Of a DNA stretch of 64,000 nt, positions 44,479-54,775 are shown one piece after another. The stretch comes from Candidatus Eiseniibacteriota bacterium. GTDB taxonomy: Bacteria; Eisenbacteria; RBG-16-71-46. The position numbers were made by a program, and so were the translations under genes. Position 1 is the first letter of the stretch. Each line of letters opens with the position of its first letter. Under the pieces are notes generated by a model, which was not told where the DNA came from, made no database searches, and was given only the letters and a program-made list of their open reading frames with translations. The stretch is taken from NCBI GenBank assembly GCA_044223005.1, contig JBGAML010000009.1:64001-128000 (forward strand), written 5' to 3'.

Positions 44479-44622
44479 GTGGGCGCGAGCTGGTGATGGG
44501 ATGGCTGCGCGATGCGGGGGCACCCGCGGCAACTCGGGATTCCGGGAATGAAAACGCGCCGGGCGGGGTATCCCGTCCGGCGCGTCGTCCTTCGGTCGCG
44601 CGGGAGTGTTCCGGCAGCGGAC

Positions 44623-45123
44623 CTAGGGGAGGATCTCGCGGGTGTAGCCCTCGAGCGTTTCGGCATCCACGTAGCCGACCACGCGGCGCACGATCTGGCC
44701 CTTGCGGTTGATGAAGATCGTGGTCGGGATCGAGCGGATCGGGCCGTACGCGTCGAGCACCTCGTCGTTGGCCAGCGCGATCGTGAACCGCAGCTTGAGC
44801 CCGTCGGCGAAGCGCCGCACGGGCGCGGGGCCGGTCTCGTCGACCGACATGCCGATCACGGCGAGACCCTTGGAGGCGTAGCGCTGGTTGAGGGCGTTCA
44901 GGTGCGGCATGCTCGCGCGGCACGGGCCGCACCAGGTCGCCCAGAAGTCCACGATCACCGGACGGTTGCGGTAATCCGAAAGGCGGACCGGGCGGCCGTC
45001 GAGGCTCTTCACCGAAAACGCGGGAGCCGCGACGTCGCCGGCGAACGCGGGCGCCGCCGACGCGAGCGCGACCGCGAGAGCCAGCGGGGCCAGCCGGGAG
45101 GAGAGCGGGAAGCCGTGATGCAC
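44623..45123 (-). CDS. TlpA/ResA-like thiol-disulfide oxidoreductase
   Basis: Signal peptide, APAFSVKSLDG, DFWATWCGPC, SIPTTIFIN. GTG start after AAAGGA. Confidence 0.9.
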   Translation of the reverse strand: MHHGFPLSSRLAPLALAVALASAAPAFAGDVAAPAFSVKSLDGRPVRLSDYRNRPVIVDFWATWCGPCRASMPHLNALNQRYASKGLAVIGMSVDETGPAPVRRFADGLKLRFTIALANDEVLDAYGPIRSIPTTIFINRKGQIVRRVVGYVDAETLEGYTREILP

Positions 45124-45235
45124 GTTCGGTCCTTTCGTGGGGGACGATCGGGTCACGCGGTGGGGCGCGTATCGACTCGACTCTAGCCAATTGGAGCACG
45201 AGGACCGCATCGCGACGCGAGGATTTTTCGATCAC

Positions 45236-45254
45236 TTGACCCGCAGCGGGTCAA
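45236..45254. promoter_or_regulatory. Perfect palindrome (candidate operator) between the divergent tlpA-like and tol-pal genes
   Basis: TTGACCCGC-A-GCGGGTCAA. Confidence 0.45.
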
Positions 45255-45444
45255 CTTTGTTCGCGGCCGAAGCGCCCCGCGCGGCTCGACGGCGTGCCGG
45301 GCGATTCGCGCGGGGAGTGCTCTTGACGGGGTTTTGCATGTTCGCCGGGGGGACCGCTGTGCTAGCGTCGCCACATTCTCCCCAGCACACTCGACGGCCG
45401 CGTCCAGAGCGGTCCGGCACGACTTCACAAGGAAGGTGAAGCCG

Positions 45445-46140
45445 ATGGTGATCGCATCCATGATCCTGCAGCTGGGCGCCGGCGCCCGTGCCACGATTCC
45501 CGGCCTGGTGGCCTCGGCCAGCCCGTTCTCGAAGGCCGTGCTGCTCGTGCTGCTCGCGCTCTCGGTCTACTCCTGGGCCGTCATCTGGAACCGCATGCGG
45601 CTCTACGCCCGCGTCGCGAAGCAGGACGAGTCGTTCCTGACCGCGTTCCGGCGGCTGCCCGCGAACGGTGACCTCCGACTGATCGCGGACCAGCATCCCG
45701 CCAGCGTGCTCGCGCGCGCGGCGGTGGCGGGCGCGAAGCAGCTCGACCAGCTCCCCGCGGGCGAGGTGGGACCCGCGGCACGCTTCGAGCTGGCCATGCG
45801 CGCGATGGACCGCGCGGCCAACGACGAGGTCGCGAACCTCGAACGCCACGTCGGCTTCCTCGCGACCACGGGCAACGTCTCGCCGTTCATCGGCCTCATG
45901 GGCACGGTGTGGGGCGTCATGGCGGCATTCGTGAACATCGGCGCGCAGGGTTCGGCGACGCTCGTCGTCGTCGCGCCGGGCATCGCCGAGGCGCTCATCG
46001 CGACCATCGCGGGACTCGCCGCGGCGATTCCCTCCGTCATCGGCTACAACCACTGCCTCGGGCGGTTGAGCGAGTTCGGCAATACGGCGGGCTCGTTCAC
46101 GAGCGAGTTCCTCGACAAGCGCGTCGGGGCCCACCTGTGA
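45445..46140 (+). CDS. tolQ: TolQ (MotA/TolQ/ExbB family)
   Basis: [34 protein letters not shown]; first gene of the tol-pal operon. Confidence 0.92.
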   Translation: MVIASMILQLGAGARATIPGLVASASPFSKAVLLVLLALSVYSWAVIWNRMRLYARVAKQDESFLTAFRRLPANGDLRLIADQHPASVLARAAVAGAKQLDQLPAGEVGPAARFELAMRAMDRAANDEVANLERHVGFLATTGNVSPFIGLMGTVWGVMAAFVNIGAQGSATLVVVAPGIAEALIATIAGLAAAIPSVIGYNHCLGRLSEFGNTAGSFTSEFLDKRVGAHL

Positions 46141-46550
46141 TGACCGGCGGTCAGGGCGGCCGTCGCCGCCCCATGGCCGAGATCAACGTCACGCCGCTCG
46201 TCGACGTGGTGCTCGTGCTGCTCATCATCTTCATGGTGACGGCGCCGTTCCTGCAGGGCGGGCTCGAGATCGACCTGCCCAAGGTCGCGGCCAAGGGCCT
46301 CGACGTGCACGAGGGCCTCATCGTCAGCATCCGGCGCGACCAGACGATCGCGGTGGGGCAGACGGTGGTGACCTCCGCGCGTTTCGAGCAGGCGCTGACC
46401 GAGGCGCGCGCGCCGCAGCGGCCGGTGTTCCTCAAGGCCGACGCGGCGGTGCCCTATGGCACGATCGTCGACCTGATCGCGCGCATGCGCCGCGCGGGCG
46501 TCGTGCAGCTGGGCCTCGTGACGCAGCCGCCCGCCGAGGGCTCGCGATGA
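46140..46550 (+). CDS. tolR: TolR/ExbD
   Basis: [34 protein letters not shown]. Confidence 0.92.
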   Translation: MTGGQGGRRRPMAEINVTPLVDVVLVLLIIFMVTAPFLQGGLEIDLPKVAAKGLDVHEGLIVSIRRDQTIAVGQTVVTSARFEQALTEARAPQRPVFLKADAAVPYGTIVDLIARMRRAGVVQLGLVTQPPAEGSR

Positions 46551-47203
46551 GGTCCGCCGTGATGGGCTCGGCCGCGGTGCACGTGGTGCTCACGCTCGCG
46601 CTGTTCGTGGTGCGTTCGAGCAAGACGCTGCTCGTGCCCGGTCCCGACGTCGTGCAGGTCTCGCTCGTCGACGCTTCGCTCGCCGCGATGCCCGCGCCGC
46701 CCGCGGCGAAGCCGGCCCCGGAGCCGGTGCCGGACGTGGAAGAGCAGGGCGTGCGGATCGAGAAGCCGAGGAAGGAAAAGCCCCAGCCCGAGCGCACACA
46801 GCAGGCCCCGGCGCCGCCCGCACCCGCGCCGGCCGCTCCCGCGGCGCCGCAGCGCGTCGTGCTCCCGTACGCGAGCATGGGCGGCGGCATGGCGGGGCAG
46901 GTGGCGGTGGACGCGAGCAACTTCGAGTTCGCGTACTACCTGCAACAGGTGCGGCTGCAGATCGCGCGCAACTGGACGCCCCCGGGCGGCATGCCCACCG
47001 GCACGCGCGTCGAGATCTACTTTCGCGTCGCGCGCGACGGCTCGCTCACGTCGCCGCGGATCGAGACCACGAGCGGCAACGGCTACTTCGACCAGTCCGC
47101 GGCCCGCGCGGTGATCGTGACGGGCCACCTGCCACCGCTGCCGCTCGGCTACGACGGGGGCGACCTGGGCATCCACTTCGGCTTCGAGTACACGGGACAA
47201 TGA
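46547..47203 (+). CDS. tolA: TolA/TonB-family energy transducer
   Basis: TM with SxxxH (SAAVH), Pro-rich linker, TonB_C-like YYLQQV..IARNW...[14 protein letters not shown]. Confidence 0.8.
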   Translation: MRSAVMGSAAVHVVLTLALFVVRSSKTLLVPGPDVVQVSLVDASLAAMPAPPAAKPAPEPVPDVEEQGVRIEKPRKEKPQPERTQQAPAPPAPAPAAPAAPQRVVLPYASMGGGMAGQVAVDASNFEFAYYLQQVRLQIARNWTPPGGMPTGTRVEIYFRVARDGSLTSPRIETTSGNGYFDQSAARAVIVTGHLPPLPLGYDGGDLGIHFGFEYTGQ

Positions 47204-48468
47204 CGCGAACCTTCCTCGTGACGGCGGCGCTCGCGCTCGCCCTGGCCTCGGCGGCGTTCGCGCAGGGCGACGTGCACCTCGAGACACAGTCGGGCGCGAG
47301 CGCGCGGCTGCCCGTGCGCTGCCTGTCGCTGAAGCCTGCCGGCGATCGCGGCGCGGGCACGACCAGCGTGCAGGCGGACGAAGTGCTCGCCAACGACCTG
47401 CAGAACTCGGCCGTGTTCGCGGTCGCGCGCGGCTGGGATCCGGCGTCCGCGTCGGCGACGCCGCAGGCGGAGATCGGTGGCACGTGGACCGTGACCGGGA
47501 CGCAGGTGAAGCTCTCGGGCGAGGTGCACGACTGGCCGGGGAAGAAGCCGATCCTCGTGCAGGAGTACAAGGGCCCGCTCACGCAGTGGCGCTCGCTCGT
47601 GCACCGCTTCGCCGACGACATCGTGATGCAGTTCACCGGAGAGCCGGGCGTCTCGTCCACGCGCATCGCGTACGTGACGCAGGAGGGGCGCAACAAGGAG
47701 CTCTGGGTGATGGACGCCGACGGCGCCAACGCCGAGCCGCTCACGCGCGACGCCTCGATCGCCCAGTCGCCGAACTGGTCGCCCGACGGCTCGCTGATCG
47801 TGTTCACGTCCTATCGGGGGAACACGGGACCGCGCCTCTGGGTGATCTCGCCGGCGCAGAAGAAGCCGTTCCTGCTCTCGGGCCGGCCCGGCCTGAACGC
47901 CAGCGGGGCCTATTCGCCCGACGGGCGCTGGGTCGCCTGCACGCTCAGCCAGGACGGCAACGCCGAGCTCTACAAGCTCGACGCGCGCGGGACCACGGCG
48001 CAGCGGCTCACCACCGGGCGCGCGATCGACACCTCGCCCTGCTGGTCGCCCACGGGTCGTGAGATCGCATTCACGACGGACCGTTCGGGCTCGCCGCAGG
48101 TCAACATCATGGACGCCGACGGTGGCAACGTGCGCCGGTTGACGTACGACGTCGGCTACACCGATTCTCCCGCGTGGTCGCCGAAAGGCGACCGGATCGC
48201 CTTCGTGTCGCGCACGGATGCCGGATTCGACATCTGGGTGTGCCGGCCGGACGGAACCGGGGCGATGCGGGTCGTGACCGGGGGCAGCAACGAGAATCCT
48301 CACTGGTCGCCCGACGGGCGGCACCTGGTCTTTTCCTCGAACCGCGACGGTACGCGCTCGCTCTGGGTCACCGACCTCGACGGCGCACCGCCGCGCAAGC
48401 TGGACACCGCCGGCCGTAAGACGCTCTCGCCCGCGTGGTCGCCTCGCGGCAACGCGGCCCCACACTAG
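47200..48468 (+). CDS. tolB: TolB
   Basis: HRFADDIV, TRIAYV and PD40 repeats (WSPDG, YSPDG, WSPTG, WSPKG). Confidence 0.92.
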   Translation: MTRTFLVTAALALALASAAFAQGDVHLETQSGASARLPVRCLSLKPAGDRGAGTTSVQADEVLANDLQNSAVFAVARGWDPASASATPQAEIGGTWTVTGTQVKLSGEVHDWPGKKPILVQEYKGPLTQWRSLVHRFADDIVMQFTGEPGVSSTRIAYVTQEGRNKELWVMDADGANAEPLTRDASIAQSPNWSPDGSLIVFTSYRGNTGPRLWVISPAQKKPFLLSGRPGLNASGAYSPDGRWVACTLSQDGNAELYKLDARGTTAQRLTTGRAIDTSPCWSPTGREIAFTTDRSGSPQVNIMDADGGNVRRLTYDVGYTDSPAWSPKGDRIAFVSRTDAGFDIWVCRPDGTGAMRVVTGGSNENPHWSPDGRHLVFSSNRDGTRSLWVTDLDGAPPRKLDTAGRKTLSPAWSPRGNAAPH

Positions 48469-48487
48469 AGCCACAAGGAGGCATCGC

Positions 48488-49009
48488 ATGCGTTCGACTC
48501 TCCGTTACGCCCTGCTCGCGGCGTGGATCGTCTCGATCCCGTTCGCCGCGGGCTGCCAGAAGAAGGCGCCCGTGCCGCCGCCGGCCCCGCCGGCCGCGCA
48601 GCAGACGACTCCGACGCCGACGCCGACTCCGACGCCGACGCCCGCGCCGGCCGAACCGGCCACGCCGGCCGTCACGGTGGGGGACCTGAAGACGGTCTTC
48701 TTCTCGCTCGACAGCTACGACCTCGACGACGCGGCGCGCGCCGTGCTCGACCAGGACGCGCGGCTGCTGCGCGATCATGCCGACCTCAACGTGCGCGTCG
48801 AAGGGCACTGCGACGAGCGCGGGACGGTCGAGTACAACATGAGCCTCGGCCAGAAGCGCGCCGACGCCGTGCGGGCATACCTCGTCGCGGCCGGCGTCAA
48901 CGGCTCGCGTCTCTCGACGATCTCGTACGGCAAGGAGCGGCCGGCGGACGAGGGGCACGACGAAGCCGCGTGGGCGAAGAACCGCCGGTGCGAGTTCACC
49001 AAGCCGTGA
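48488..49009 (+). CDS. pal: Peptidoglycan-associated lipoprotein Pal
   Basis: Lipobox AAGC, (TP)n linker, EGHCDERGTVEYNMSLGQKRA, SYGKERP, AWAKNRR. Confidence 0.96.
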   Translation: MRSTLRYALLAAWIVSIPFAAGCQKKAPVPPPAPPAAQQTTPTPTPTPTPTPAPAEPATPAVTVGDLKTVFFSLDSYDLDDAARAVLDQDARLLRDHADLNVRVEGHCDERGTVEYNMSLGQKRADAVRAYLVAAGVNGSRLSTISYGKERPADEGHDEAAWAKNRRCEFTKP

Positions 49010-49839
49010 GCGCGCCGCGGCGGGGCCGCCCCGCGGAGGTCCGGGCGCTCGCGCGTGCGGGCGCCCTCGTGGCGCTGCTCGCCGCATCGGTGCTGCTGCC
49101 GGGCTGCTACACCACGCAGCTCGGGCTGATCCGTTCGGGGCTCGACAGCCTGCGCACGCAGGTCGACACGCTGACCGTGCGGGACTCGATCGCGTACCGC
49201 GTGCTCGCGGAGACGCGGCGCGAGCTCGCCTCGCAGCGCGACCTGCTGCTCAGCACGCGTGCCTCCTCGGGCAGCACGATGCAGGAGATGTTCGACCACA
49301 TGGACCGGCTCGAGGGCAAGCTCGACGACGTCATGCACCGCTTCGGTGACTGGGCGGCGCGCACGACGTCGAACCTCGCCGCGCCCACGACGCCGGCCGG
49401 GCCGCCGGCGACGCCGGGCACGTCTCCGGCGACGGGCAGCCCACCGCCCGTGGTCGCGGGACCGCCGCCGGCGCAGCTCTACGACCAGGCGACGCGTGAC
49501 CTCACCGAGGGGCGCTACCCGCTCGCGCTCTCGGGTTATCGCGATTTCCTCGCGCGATACCCGGATGCCGAGCTGGCTCCCGGCGCGCAGTACGGCGTCG
49601 CGGAGTGCTTCTTCGCCGAGGCCGCATTCGACAGCGCGGTGGTGGAGTACGGGCGCGTGACGGCGAGGTGGCCGAAGAGCGACCGCGCGCCCGCGGCGAT
49701 GTACAAGCTCGGTCTCTGCCAGGACCGGCTCGGCCGGGCCGCCGAGTCGCGCAAGACGTTCGAGGACCTCGTGCGCCGCTTCCCGACGGCGAGCGAGGCC
49801 GCGCTCGCGCGAGACCGGCTCGGTGCGGGCAAGCGCTGA
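49006..49839 (+). CDS. cpoB: Tol-Pal system protein CpoB/YbgF (TPR)
   Basis: Lipobox LPGC, coiled coil, TPRs (FLARYPDAELAPGAQY, APAAMYKLG); directly after pal. Confidence 0.85.
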   Translation: MSAPRRGRPAEVRALARAGALVALLAASVLLPGCYTTQLGLIRSGLDSLRTQVDTLTVRDSIAYRVLAETRRELASQRDLLLSTRASSGSTMQEMFDHMDRLEGKLDDVMHRFGDWAARTTSNLAAPTTPAGPPATPGTSPATGSPPPVVAGPPPAQLYDQATRDLTEGRYPLALSGYRDFLARYPDAELAPGAQYGVAECFFAEAAFDSAVVEYGRVTARWPKSDRAPAAMYKLGLCQDRLGRAAESRKTFEDLVRRFPTASEAALARDRLGAGKR

Positions 49840-51481
49840 CCGTGACGCCGCGCCGCGCCTCGTGCGCGGCGCGGCGTTCGCGTTGCTGGCGGTGGCGCTC
49901 GGCGCGGCTGCGGCCGGCGCGGGGAGCCCCGAGGCCGATGCCGCGGCGGCGCCGCTCGAAGGCCGCGTCATCCGTCACATCGAGCTCGTCACGCGGACGA
50001 TCTTCGATCCGCCGCCCGAGCGCGGACGCGGCTTCTACGCGCTCGCGAACCGGCTGCACGTGCGCACGCGGCCGGCCACGCTGCGCGCGGCGCTGGTGCT
50101 CAAGCCGGGCGATCGCTGGACGGCGGCCCGGCAGGCGGAGAGCGAGCGCCACCTGCGCGCGCTCGAATACCTGGTGCCGGACAGCGTGGTCGCGACGCCG
50201 GTGGGTGCGGACTCGGTCGACCTGCGCGTCGTCACGCACGACAACTGGACCACGAGCCCCGAGTTCGGGATCGAGAGCGGCGGTGGCCAGCGCTACGGCT
50301 CGTTCGCCTTCACCGAGCGCAACCTCTGCGGGCTCGGGACTTCGCTGTCGATCGGTTATCGCGACGACGTGAACGGCATCTCGCGCCAGGCGGGGATCGA
50401 GGACAACGAGATTCTCGGCACGCACTGGCGCGCCCGCGGCAGCCTCTCGGAGGGCACGGCCGGGCACGCGCAGGCGGCCATGGTCTCGCTGCCGTTCTGG
50501 TCCGACGACGCGCCGCACGCCTTCGGCGTGCTGGCGCAGCACGAGCGCGTGGACAGCGATCTCTTCTCCGACGATGCCGAGGCCGCGCACGTGAGCGGCC
50601 GCCGCGACCGCGTCGAGTTCTTCGCCGGTCTCGGGCGCCGTGGGCCCGACGGCTCGATCCGCCGCCTCGTCGCCTCGTTCGAGTCGCGCGACCGCCAGCT
50701 CTCGGCGCCGGTGCTGCGCGCCGGTGCGCCCACGGGCTTCGCGCGCGCCGCCGAGGACGTGCGGCACCGCCGGCTCGCGCTCGAGGGCACGTGGGCACGG
50801 CCCGCGTACATCGTCCGAGGCGGCGTCGACCAGATCGACCGCGAGGAGGACTTCGACGTCGGTGTCTCGGCGGCGCTCAAGGGGGGCTTCGCGCCGCGCG
50901 CGTTCGGCAGCACGGCCGACGAGGGCTTCGGGCAGGTGAAGCTCGGCTTCGGCGTCGACGCCGGCCGCGCGGGCTTCGGCCTGCTGCGCGCCACGGGCTC
51001 GACGCGTCTGCGCGGCGGCGTGCCCCGCGAGGAGCTGATGGACGTCTCCGCGCGCTGGATCCAGTCGCCGGCGCCGCGCCTCACCGCGGTGGTCGGGGCG
51101 ATCGCCGTCGGCGGCCGCAACATGCCGGCCGACTACCAGCTCACGCTGGGCGGCGTGTCGGGTCTGCGCGCGTTCCCGGTGCACGAGATGACCGGCACCG
51201 AGGTCGTGCGCGGCAACGCCGAACTGCGCTGGGTCGCGGCCCGCGACCTGCTGCACCTCGTGAGCCTGGGCGCGGCGGCCTTCTGGGACGGCGGCCGCAC
51301 GCGCGGCACCGGCGCCGAGACCGACACGTGGCATCACGACGTCGGCTTCGGGCTGCGGCTCTCGCTGCCGCACTCGGCGCTCAACGCCGTCGCGCGCTTC
51401 GACGTGGCGTGGCCGATCGCACCCGCGATCGACGGCCGCCACGGGCCCGCGTACTCGTTCGGTTCCGGCCAGGCGTTCTGA
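49823..51481 (+). CDS. Omp85/TamA-like outer-membrane protein (single POTRA + barrel)
   Basis: HVRTR...ESERHLR POTRA, ERNLCGLG, GLRAF (VRGF-like), ELR, DVGFGLR, C-terminal GQAF. Alternative start 49862. Confidence 0.75.
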   Translation: MRASADRDAAPRLVRGAAFALLAVALGAAAAGAGSPEADAAAAPLEGRVIRHIELVTRTIFDPPPERGRGFYALANRLHVRTRPATLRAALVLKPGDRWTAARQAESERHLRALEYLVPDSVVATPVGADSVDLRVVTHDNWTTSPEFGIESGGGQRYGSFAFTERNLCGLGTSLSIGYRDDVNGISRQAGIEDNEILGTHWRARGSLSEGTAGHAQAAMVSLPFWSDDAPHAFGVLAQHERVDSDLFSDDAEAAHVSGRRDRVEFFAGLGRRGPDGSIRRLVASFESRDRQLSAPVLRAGAPTGFARAAEDVRHRRLALEGTWARPAYIVRGGVDQIDREEDFDVGVSAALKGGFAPRAFGSTADEGFGQVKLGFGVDAGRAGFGLLRATGSTRLRGGVPREELMDVSARWIQSPAPRLTAVVGAIAVGGRNMPADYQLTLGGVSGLRAFPVHEMTGTEVVRGNAELRWVAARDLLHLVSLGAAAFWDGGRTRGTGAETDTWHHDVGFGLRLSLPHSALNAVARFDVAWPIAPAIDGRHGPAYSFGSGQAF

Positions 51482-51506
51482 CCACGCGCGGCCGTCGCGC
51501 GCGTGC

Positions 51507-51535
51507 TTGACGCTGCCCGGGGCCACTCGTAGCGT
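51507..51535 (+). promoter_or_regulatory. Putative sigma70 promoter
   Basis: TTGACG-N17-TAGCGT upstream of the GAGGAG RBS. Confidence 0.55.
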
Positions 51536-51558
51536 CCGCCGATCGAGGAGGAGCCCCC

Positions 51559-52041
51559 ATGAACATCGTCGCCGTGCCGCTCGAGATCCCGGCCGACTGC
51601 AACGTCGTCGGCGGGCAGTCGCACTTCATCAAGACGGTCGAGGACATCGCCGAGATCGTCGTCACCACCGTGCCCGGCGCGAAGTTCGGGCTCGCGTTCT
51701 GCGAGGCGTCGGGGCCCTGCCTCGTGCGCACCGAGGGCAACGACGACGCGCTCGTCGCGACGGCGGCGGACAACGCCGTGCGCGTGGGGGCGGGGCACAC
51801 GTTCTGGCTGCTGCTTCGCGGCGCCTACCCGATCAACCTCCTGCCGGCGATCAAGGCCTGCCAGGAGGTCTGCCACGTGATCGTGGCGACCGCGAACCCG
51901 GTGCAGGTGCTGGTCGCCGAGCACGCGCAGGGGCGCGGTGTCGTGGGTGTGGTGGACGGCGGTTCCCCGCGGGGGATCGAGGACGCGGCCGCCCGAGAGG
52001 CGCGCCGCGAGTTCCTGCGGAAGATCGGCTACAAGCGGTGA
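51559..52041 (+). CDS. Adenosine-specific kinase family (DUF355) protein
   Basis: GQSHFIKTVED, FGLAFCEASGPCLVR, GAGHTF, ATANP, GVVDG, IGYKR. Confidence 0.85.
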   Translation: MNIVAVPLEIPADCNVVGGQSHFIKTVEDIAEIVVTTVPGAKFGLAFCEASGPCLVRTEGNDDALVATAADNAVRVGAGHTFWLLLRGAYPINLLPAIKACQEVCHVIVATANPVQVLVAEHAQGRGVVGVVDGGSPRGIEDAAAREARREFLRKIGYKR

Positions 52042-52144
52042 TCGCGGGCTCTCCGGAAGGGCCGCGGACCGCTCGATTCGGCGCCGCGGCTGTCTTAGAC
52101 TGCCCGTGGCCGGCGGCCTCCGCCGGCATGCCACGGCGGTCCGC

Positions 52145-52972
52145 ATGAGCCTCCGCTTCGGGACGTCGGGGATCCCGCGCAGTTCGGCGAAACCCGGCAC
52201 CGTGCACGGCATCCGGCGCGCCCGCGAGCTGGGGCTCGACCATCTCGAGATGGCCTGGGTCAACGGCGTGCGCATGTCGGATGAAGCCGCCGACCGCATC
52301 GCGGAAACCGCTCGCGAATGCGACCTGACGCTCACGGCCCACGCTCCGTACTACGTCAACCTGTGCGGCGCGCCCGAGATCGTCGAACGCAGCCGCGCGC
52401 GGCTCGTCGAGGCCGGACGGCTCGGCACGCGCTGCGGCGCGCAATCCTTCTGCTTCCACCCGGGCTTCTACGGCACGCTGGGAGCGGAAGAAGCGTACGC
52501 CCGCGTGTGCGCGGAACTGCGCCGGGTCCTCGCCGAGACGAAGAAGCTCCGGGTCACGACGGACGTGCGCACGGAGCTGACCGGCAAGCCGACGCAGGTC
52601 GGCTCGCTGGAGGAGACGCTCGCGTGGTGCCGCGAGGTGAAGGGGATCCACGCGTGCGTGGACTTCTCGCACCGGTACGCGCGGGAGCAGGGGAAGCACA
52701 ACCGCTACGAAGACTTCGCGGCGACGCTGACCGCGATCGAGCAGGCGCTGGGCCGTGCCGCGCTGGACCGGCTGCACGTGCACATCTCGGGCATCCAGTA
52801 CGGGCCGAAGGGCGAGCGGCGTCACGAGCCGCTGCGCGAAACGGCGTTCCGCTGGAAGGAACTGCTGCGGGCGCTGAAGGACCTGCGGGTGTCGGGATGG
52901 GTCGTGTGCGAGTCGCCGGCGATGGAGGACGACGCGCTGCTGTTGCAGAAGACCTATCGGAGGCTCCAGTGA
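52145..52972 (+). CDS. nfo: Endonuclease IV-type TIM barrel (AP endonuclease family 2)
   Basis: AHAPYYVNL, FHPG, ELTGK..QVG, DFSH, LHVHISG, GERRH, CESP metal ligands. Confidence 0.75.
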   Translation: MSLRFGTSGIPRSSAKPGTVHGIRRARELGLDHLEMAWVNGVRMSDEAADRIAETARECDLTLTAHAPYYVNLCGAPEIVERSRARLVEAGRLGTRCGAQSFCFHPGFYGTLGAEEAYARVCAELRRVLAETKKLRVTTDVRTELTGKPTQVGSLEETLAWCREVKGIHACVDFSHRYAREQGKHNRYEDFAATLTAIEQALGRAALDRLHVHISGIQYGPKGERRHEPLRETAFRWKELLRALKDLRVSGWVVCESPAMEDDALLLQKTYRRLQ

Positions 52973-54126
52973 GCTCAGGACGCGACACCGCCCCCGTGGT
53001 GATCGTCGGCGCGGGCTGCATCGGCACCGCGATTGCGTACCACCTCGGCAAGCGCGGCGTGAAGGACGTCGTGGTGCTCGAGCGCGAGCTGTTCTCGGGC
53101 GCGGGTTCCACCGGCAAGTGCGCCGGCGGCATCCGGCAGCAGTTCTCCTCGAAAGTGAACGTGCGGCTCTGCCAGGAGTCCGTGCGCCAGTTCGAGCGCT
53201 TCTCGGACGAAATGCAGACGGGGCCCGTGTTCTGGCAGGTGGGCTACCTGTTCCTGCTCTCGGATCCCGCGATGTGGGCGGCGTACCAGAAGCAGGCGGA
53301 GTTCCAGCGCTCGCTGGGCCTGCCGGTCGAGACGCTCACGCCCGTGCAGGTCGCCGAGCGCTGGCCGATCATCGACGTCAGCGGCGTGCTGGGCGGCACG
53401 TTCTGCCCGACCGACGGTCTCGCCGATCCGCACATGGTCACGCAGGCCTACGAGGCGCGCGCGCGTGCGCTGGGCGCGAAGTTCCGCTTCGGCGTCACGG
53501 TGACCGGGCTGAATGTCGCGAACGGCCGCGTCACCGGCGTGCGCACGACCACCGGCGACATCGACGCGCCGGTCGTGGTGAACGCCGCGGGCGCGTGGGC
53601 CGCCGAGCTCGTTCGCGAGGCGGGGATCGACCTGCCGGTGCAGCCGTACCGGCGGCACTGCTTCACCACCAAACCGCTCGAGTTCGTGAACGAGACGCTG
53701 CCGATGGTCGTCGACATGAAGAGCGGCGTGTACATGCACCGCGAGAGCGGCGGGCTGCTGCTGGGACTCGCCGACAAGGACGAGCCGCCGGGATTCGACA
53801 CCAGCGTCAACTGGGACTTCCTCGAGAAGGTGGTCGAGGGCGCGATCGGCCGCGTGCCGGCGCTCGAGACCGCCGAGATCGGGCACGGCTGGGCGGGGCT
53901 CTACGAGACCACGCCCGACCACAACTCGATCCTCGGTCCGGTCGCGGCGCTGCCGGGGCTGCTGCTCGCGAACGGTTTCAGCGGTCACGGCTTCATGCAG
54001 GCGCCCGCCGTGGGGCAGGTGATCGCGGAGTGGATCGTGGACGGCCGCCCGAGCATCGACGTCTCGGAGCTCCGGCTCGAGCGCTTCGCCGAGCAGGCCA
54101 CGGCGCCCGAGGTCAACGTCATCTGA
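52969..54126 (+). CDS. FAD-dependent oxidoreductase (sarcosine oxidase beta/DAO family)
   Basis: IVGAGCIG, GSTGKCAGGIR, VNAAGAWA, GWAGLYETTPD, GFSGHGFM. Confidence 0.9.
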   Translation: MSSGRDTAPVVIVGAGCIGTAIAYHLGKRGVKDVVVLERELFSGAGSTGKCAGGIRQQFSSKVNVRLCQESVRQFERFSDEMQTGPVFWQVGYLFLLSDPAMWAAYQKQAEFQRSLGLPVETLTPVQVAERWPIIDVSGVLGGTFCPTDGLADPHMVTQAYEARARALGAKFRFGVTVTGLNVANGRVTGVRTTTGDIDAPVVVNAAGAWAAELVREAGIDLPVQPYRRHCFTTKPLEFVNETLPMVVDMKSGVYMHRESGGLLLGLADKDEPPGFDTSVNWDFLEKVVEGAIGRVPALETAEIGHGWAGLYETTPDHNSILGPVAALPGLLLANGFSGHGFMQAPAVGQVIAEWIVDGRPSIDVSELRLERFAEQATAPEVNVI

Positions 54127-54127
54127 C

Positions 54128-54775
54128 ATGGCGCTGCGCATCGAGTCGCTCCCGCTCGGGCCGCTGGACAACAACACGTACGTGGTGAGCTGCGAGGCCA
54201 CGGGCGAAGCCGCCGTGATCGACGTCGGCTTCGAGCCCGAGGCCGTGATCGAGGCCGTGCGACGCGAGCAACTGCGCGTGCGCTGGCTCCTCGGCACGCA
54301 CGCGCACTACGACCACGCGGCGGGCATGCGACCCGTGCAGGAGGCCGTGGGCGGCGACTACGCGCTGCACCCGCTCGACCGGCCCCTGCTCGCGGCGCTC
54401 TCGATGCAGGGCTCCATGTTCGGTTTCCCGCCGGCGGTGGCGCCCGAGATCGCGCACGATCTGGTGGACGGCGAACGTATCCCGGTGGGTGAGGAGTCGC
54501 TCGAGGTGATCTTCACGCCCGGGCACGCGCCCGGGCACTGCGCGTTCCGCTGGAACGGCGTGCTGTTCGTGGGCGACGTGCTCTTCCGCGGGTCGGTCGG
54601 CCGCACCGACCTGCCGGGCGGCTCGTGGGACGATCTCGAGCGCTCGATCCGCGAGCGCGTCTTCCCGCTCGGGGACGACGTGCGTTGCCTCACGGGCCAC
54701 GGCCCGGAAACCACGATCGGCCACGAACGGCGCACGAACCCGTACGTCGGGATCGTGGCCGGAGGGATGCGATGA
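54128..54775 (+). CDS. MBL-fold metallo-hydrolase (glyoxalase II-like)
   Basis: THAHYDH, TPGHAPG, GDVLFRGSVGRTDLPGG, GHGPETTIG.E. Confidence 0.92.
   Translation: MALRIESLPLGPLDNNTYVVSCEATGEAAVIDVGFEPEAVIEAVRREQLRVRWLLGTHAHYDHAAGMRPVQEAVGGDYALHPLDRPLLAALSMQGSMFGFPPAVAPEIAHDLVDGERIPVGEESLEVIFTPGHAPGHCAFRWNGVLFVGDVLFRGSVGRTDLPGGSWDDLERSIRERVFPLGDDVRCLTGHGPETTIGHERRTNPYVGIVAGGMR

Noticed and set aside
48604..48645. CCGACG tandem repeat in pal
   Set aside because: In-frame (TP)n linker, ordinary for Pal; unit length of 6 gives no phase variation.
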